DNA from: Takakia lepidozioides
Lineage: Eukaryota > Plantae > Bryophyta
Reading direction: 5' to 3'
Assembly (NCBI GenBank): GCA_030704615.1
Contig: CM060734.1
Coordinates: forward strand, 15,314,001-15,378,000
Length of the DNA: 64,000 nt
Shown here: positions 60,675-64,000 of the stretch, piece by piece
Position numbering within the stretch: the first letter of the stretch is position 1
Layout of the letters: each line of letters starts with the position of its first letter
Program-made: the position numbers and the translations under genes
The notes under the pieces: model-generated
Databases searched by the model: none
What the model was told of the DNA's origin: nothing
Seen by the model: only the letters and a program-made list of their open reading frames with translations

Positions 60675-61555
60675 ATGGCCTCCCAGGCCATGGGCTCCCT
60701 CGACGCGGACTTCTTCAGTGAGGACCACCCTGTGCCATTTTCTTACGAGGTGGAAGATGATGGTTTTGCGGTGGTGCATGAACTCGTCCTCGCAACGCAG
60801 TTTCGGTTGGAAAATGGAACTCTATTCCTTCAGAGGGAAGTGTACGATGCCAATGGAAAACTGCTCAAGTACGCGTTCCAGAAACCTTCGCATACTGCAC
60901 CAACCACACAATGGAGAGTGCCTCCAGGCAGATACAGGGTGCTTAGTGCTCCTCTGCGACAGTCTGCAGGATCGTTCGTAACTCCTGGCACGGCAGCATC
61001 AGTGGCCTCTGAGAAAACACCCCCGTGGTTGTCAAGAAGGAGATCACCAATGTCATTCGTAAATTGAAAGCCATGGGTGGGATGGCAGATTCAAGAGTGA
61101 TTTGAGGGGGATAGACTGGAGCACTTTCAATATTCAGAGGGTGGCATTCTTGCCGGAATCTTTTGATGGTAAAACTGTTTTCGAGCTGCCTCCTCCTTGT
61201 CGCGTGGGGGAATTTCCGTCTCCGTCCTCCCTGGAAGGATGGACAAAAAGCACGATGGGCACCCTTGGTGCCACACAAAACACCTCCAATAATTCACAAC
61301 AACGACAACCTCATATTTCAGGCGAACAGTCTGTAATGGGCACCTGAAATGCAAAACGGAAATGTAGACACTTCGCATTGTCAGGTGTGCAAAACCAAAG
61401 CGAATGGGATGGTGTCAGTGAATCCATTCAAGCCTGGGTGACAACACCACCATATCGTAACACTTTTGTGTGCACGTTCTGTAGGGCCCACCACCTTGTG
61501 CCTTGCTTTGTGTGGCGCCATATGTATTAATGTGGTGCATCGTGCAAAACCACCC
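60675..61555 (+). pseudogene. Frameshifted Cys/His-rich ORF resembling the GCM-like N-terminus of MULE/SWIM-type transposases
   Basis: Joined frames read IQRVAFLPESFDGKTVFELPP...GMDKKHDGHPWC...FRRTVCNGHLKC...NQSEWDG...FVCTFC. The family assignment is from memory of similar bryophyte proteins. Confidence 0.5.
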
Positions 61556-61559
61556 GGAC

Positions 61560-64000
61560 TATCTGAGGCACGCACCTAAGATGCCTCCACATGATGATAG
61601 CCCTTCCATTTGACAGATACTCCGTTTCTTGGTTCTTGAACCTCCTCGACTTAATGACTCTCTCTACTCTCTCTACTTACTATCACTCTGCCTCACACCT
61701 CGTACTCATGTTCATTTTCATGATCCAATAGCACCCTGGTGGCGGACGCAACACTTATGCCGATTCGGACGCGGCTTCATTTTTGAAGTAAGTGGCTTCA
61801 AAAGGAGACGTGGAATCTGGATGCACCTTGCTGTTTGCCGGACACTCCAATTCATACACATCCTCATTCATACCTTCTGGATGCGAAAGGGTCCCGCATA
61901 CGGAGTACGGAACGTTGGACTCACTTCCGTGGTAGTCGGAAATTCTTGATGTTCAACCAGACCTCCGTGCCTGCCTCAAACTTCACTTCCCTCCGCTTCC
62001 GATTCGCCTGCCTTTCATATCGTTTCCTAGCTTGGCAATGTTGTACTTTGCGAGCTTTTAACAAACGCTTCGCGTTCTTCCAGTACCGCCGCTACTGCCT
62101 GTTCCTCAACGTCCTGGGCCTACGCCAACTTGTCGGCACCAGAGGTGCTTTTCCATAGACCAATACGAAAGGGGAAACTCCCGTTGCGGAGTGTTTTGTG
62201 TTATTATAACAGAACTCTGCCGCGTCTAAGTGTTCCACCAAGTCTGTTTGGTCTGCCGACACGTAATTCCGCAAGATCTGCTTCACTACTACGGGAATTC
62301 ACTCTTTCTTGTTTGGCCGTCGGTCGTAGGTCGGAAGGCGTGCTCATCTTCAGCCTCGTCCCCATCTTCTTCCAATGGCCCTCCAAATTTACTCGTAAAC
62401 TTTGATCGCGGTCCGAGACAATATCCTTCGGGACTCCATGATGCTTTAAGACGTGGGCGAAAGTAAAAGTCGCCCTGTCTCCTGCGCCGTTGCCGTCCCT
62501 TGGTGGGGATGAATGGCCCATTTTATTGAACCTATCCACCACCACCATGATTTGCATCGAATCCTTTTGACACAGCGGCATAGCAGTCATGAAATCCATC
62601 GAGACGCTTTCCCAAGTCCCCTCTGGAATCGGCAAGGTTTTAACCCCGCTTGTTTTTTTGTACTCGCTCCGGTTTTGTTGGTATGTGGTGCATGTCTTTG
62701 TACATACTCCTCTGCCTCCTCCCTCAGTTTGGGCCAGAAATACTCTTTCTTTAAAGTGTGCCGCAGTGCGCTTGGCTTCGCGCCGTGGCCCGCAAGCGGG
62801 CTATCATGGCATTCCTCTCAGAGGCTATCTCTGATCCCCTCCCTTCTGCACGTAGAGACGTTTTTGCTTATGACCGGAGCAGTCGCTTTGCAAGTGGAAC
62901 TGCGATTTAACCCCCTCCTCAAGTCCTGCATCACGGACTTCGCCAGCTCATCCTTCCGGCAACCGTCCGGATCTTCCTTTGGAGCGCCGTCTCTCCCCTG
63001 TACACACCAACAGAGCTGGTGCTTTCTACTTAATCATCGCCCACCACGTTGTCCCGTCCCGGTTTGTACTGGATATCCACGTCGAACACTGCCAAAGTAT
63101 CTTCCACCTAAGTTTTTTGGGGACAACTTGGGCTGCGTGGCAAATAACTTCACCGTGACATGTCCGTAAACACCTTCACTTGGTTGGAAGGAACCACATA
63201 GTGCGCCAAAGCTCAAGACTTTGCACCCTCCACCGCCTTTCATCTATTTCTCGTGCGTCGGCCACCGTCGCGCTCACTTCATTCACTTTCTTACTTTCGT
63301 ACGCCACTGGACGTTCATCTTGCATCAGTACAGAACCACCCCCAATCGCGAAGTCCGACGCATCTGTATGACTCTCGAACGGATGATCGAACTCCGGTAT
63401 TTTCAAGACTGGAAGCTTCTTGCCTCCGCTGCTTCAATTCAGCAAAAGCTTAGCCACAAAAGGTGTTCCAAGCCCAGACTTTGGATTTACACAGAAGGTC
63501 TGACAAGCAGGCCCCGCGATCTTGGCGAAATTTCTCACATACTTCCGGTAATAGGAGGCGAGTCATAGGAAGGATCGCACTCCCGGGACCGAAGTCGGGG
63601 CTCCCAGTCCAAGATTGCCCTCCCTCCTGTCATCCATTCTGATCCCATCCGGTGTAATCACATGCCCCCCTCCACTTTTGTGACCCCGAATTCGCACTTT
63701 GAAGCTTTGGCATACAGCTTCCCTTCCCGCAATTTTCTGGAACACCTTTTTTGAGGTGCTCCAGGTGCTCCTCCTTTGTTTTCAAATACACCAAGATGTC
63801 GTCGATGTACACGATCACAAAGTCATCCAACCACTCTTGGAAAAGGTTGTTCATCAGCGTGCTAAAGGTCGTGGGAGCGTTGGTGAGTCCAAAAGGCATC
63901 ACCAAGAACTCATATGAACCATACCTTGTCCTGCACGCGGTCTTCTCCTCATCTCCTTCCTCCGCCACTCGAATTTGATGATAGCCGGAGCGCAGATCGA
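61560..64000 (-). mobile_element. Degenerate Ty3/gypsy chromovirus pol (RT, RNase H, INT, chromodomain remnant), running off the window
   Basis: [56 protein letters not shown]...KWKGY. Confidence 0.92.

Overview
Repeat-rich nuclear DNA from a land plant. PLS-class PPR repeats, spliceosomal introns and a Tcn1-like chromovirus point to a non-seed plant, probably a bryophyte (inference). No intact ordinary host gene, rRNA, tRNA gene or CRISPR array is visible; the window is a nest of transposons and rearranged gene fragments. Contents: (A) a Ty3/gypsy family whose Pol carries a C5 cytosine methyltransferase between protease and RT and a PHD finger after integrase (near-intact copy 1-11.3 kb, decayed copy 14.1-17.3 kb, leader-only copy 24.9-27.7 kb). 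(B/C) Three partial LTR elements with a tRNA-type PBS (probably Arg) and a conserved extra ORF upstream of gag. (D) A full-length chromovirus (28821-35163) with a self-priming PBS and an extra 3' ORF. (E) Two clusters of PLS-PPR pseudogenes interleaved with OSB-type PDF-motif exons. (F) Two CACTA elements and a LINE with a 15-bp TSD. (G) A spliced gene encoding a ParB/Srx-like domain plus an N6/N4-type methyltransferase-like domain. Its two long introns carry 11 copies of a ~28-bp palindrome, and it lies head-to-head with a Cys/His-rich transposase-like ORF. The strongest candidates for new biology are G, A and E. All domain calls are by-eye motif recognition, no searches were run, and some boundaries are approximate.
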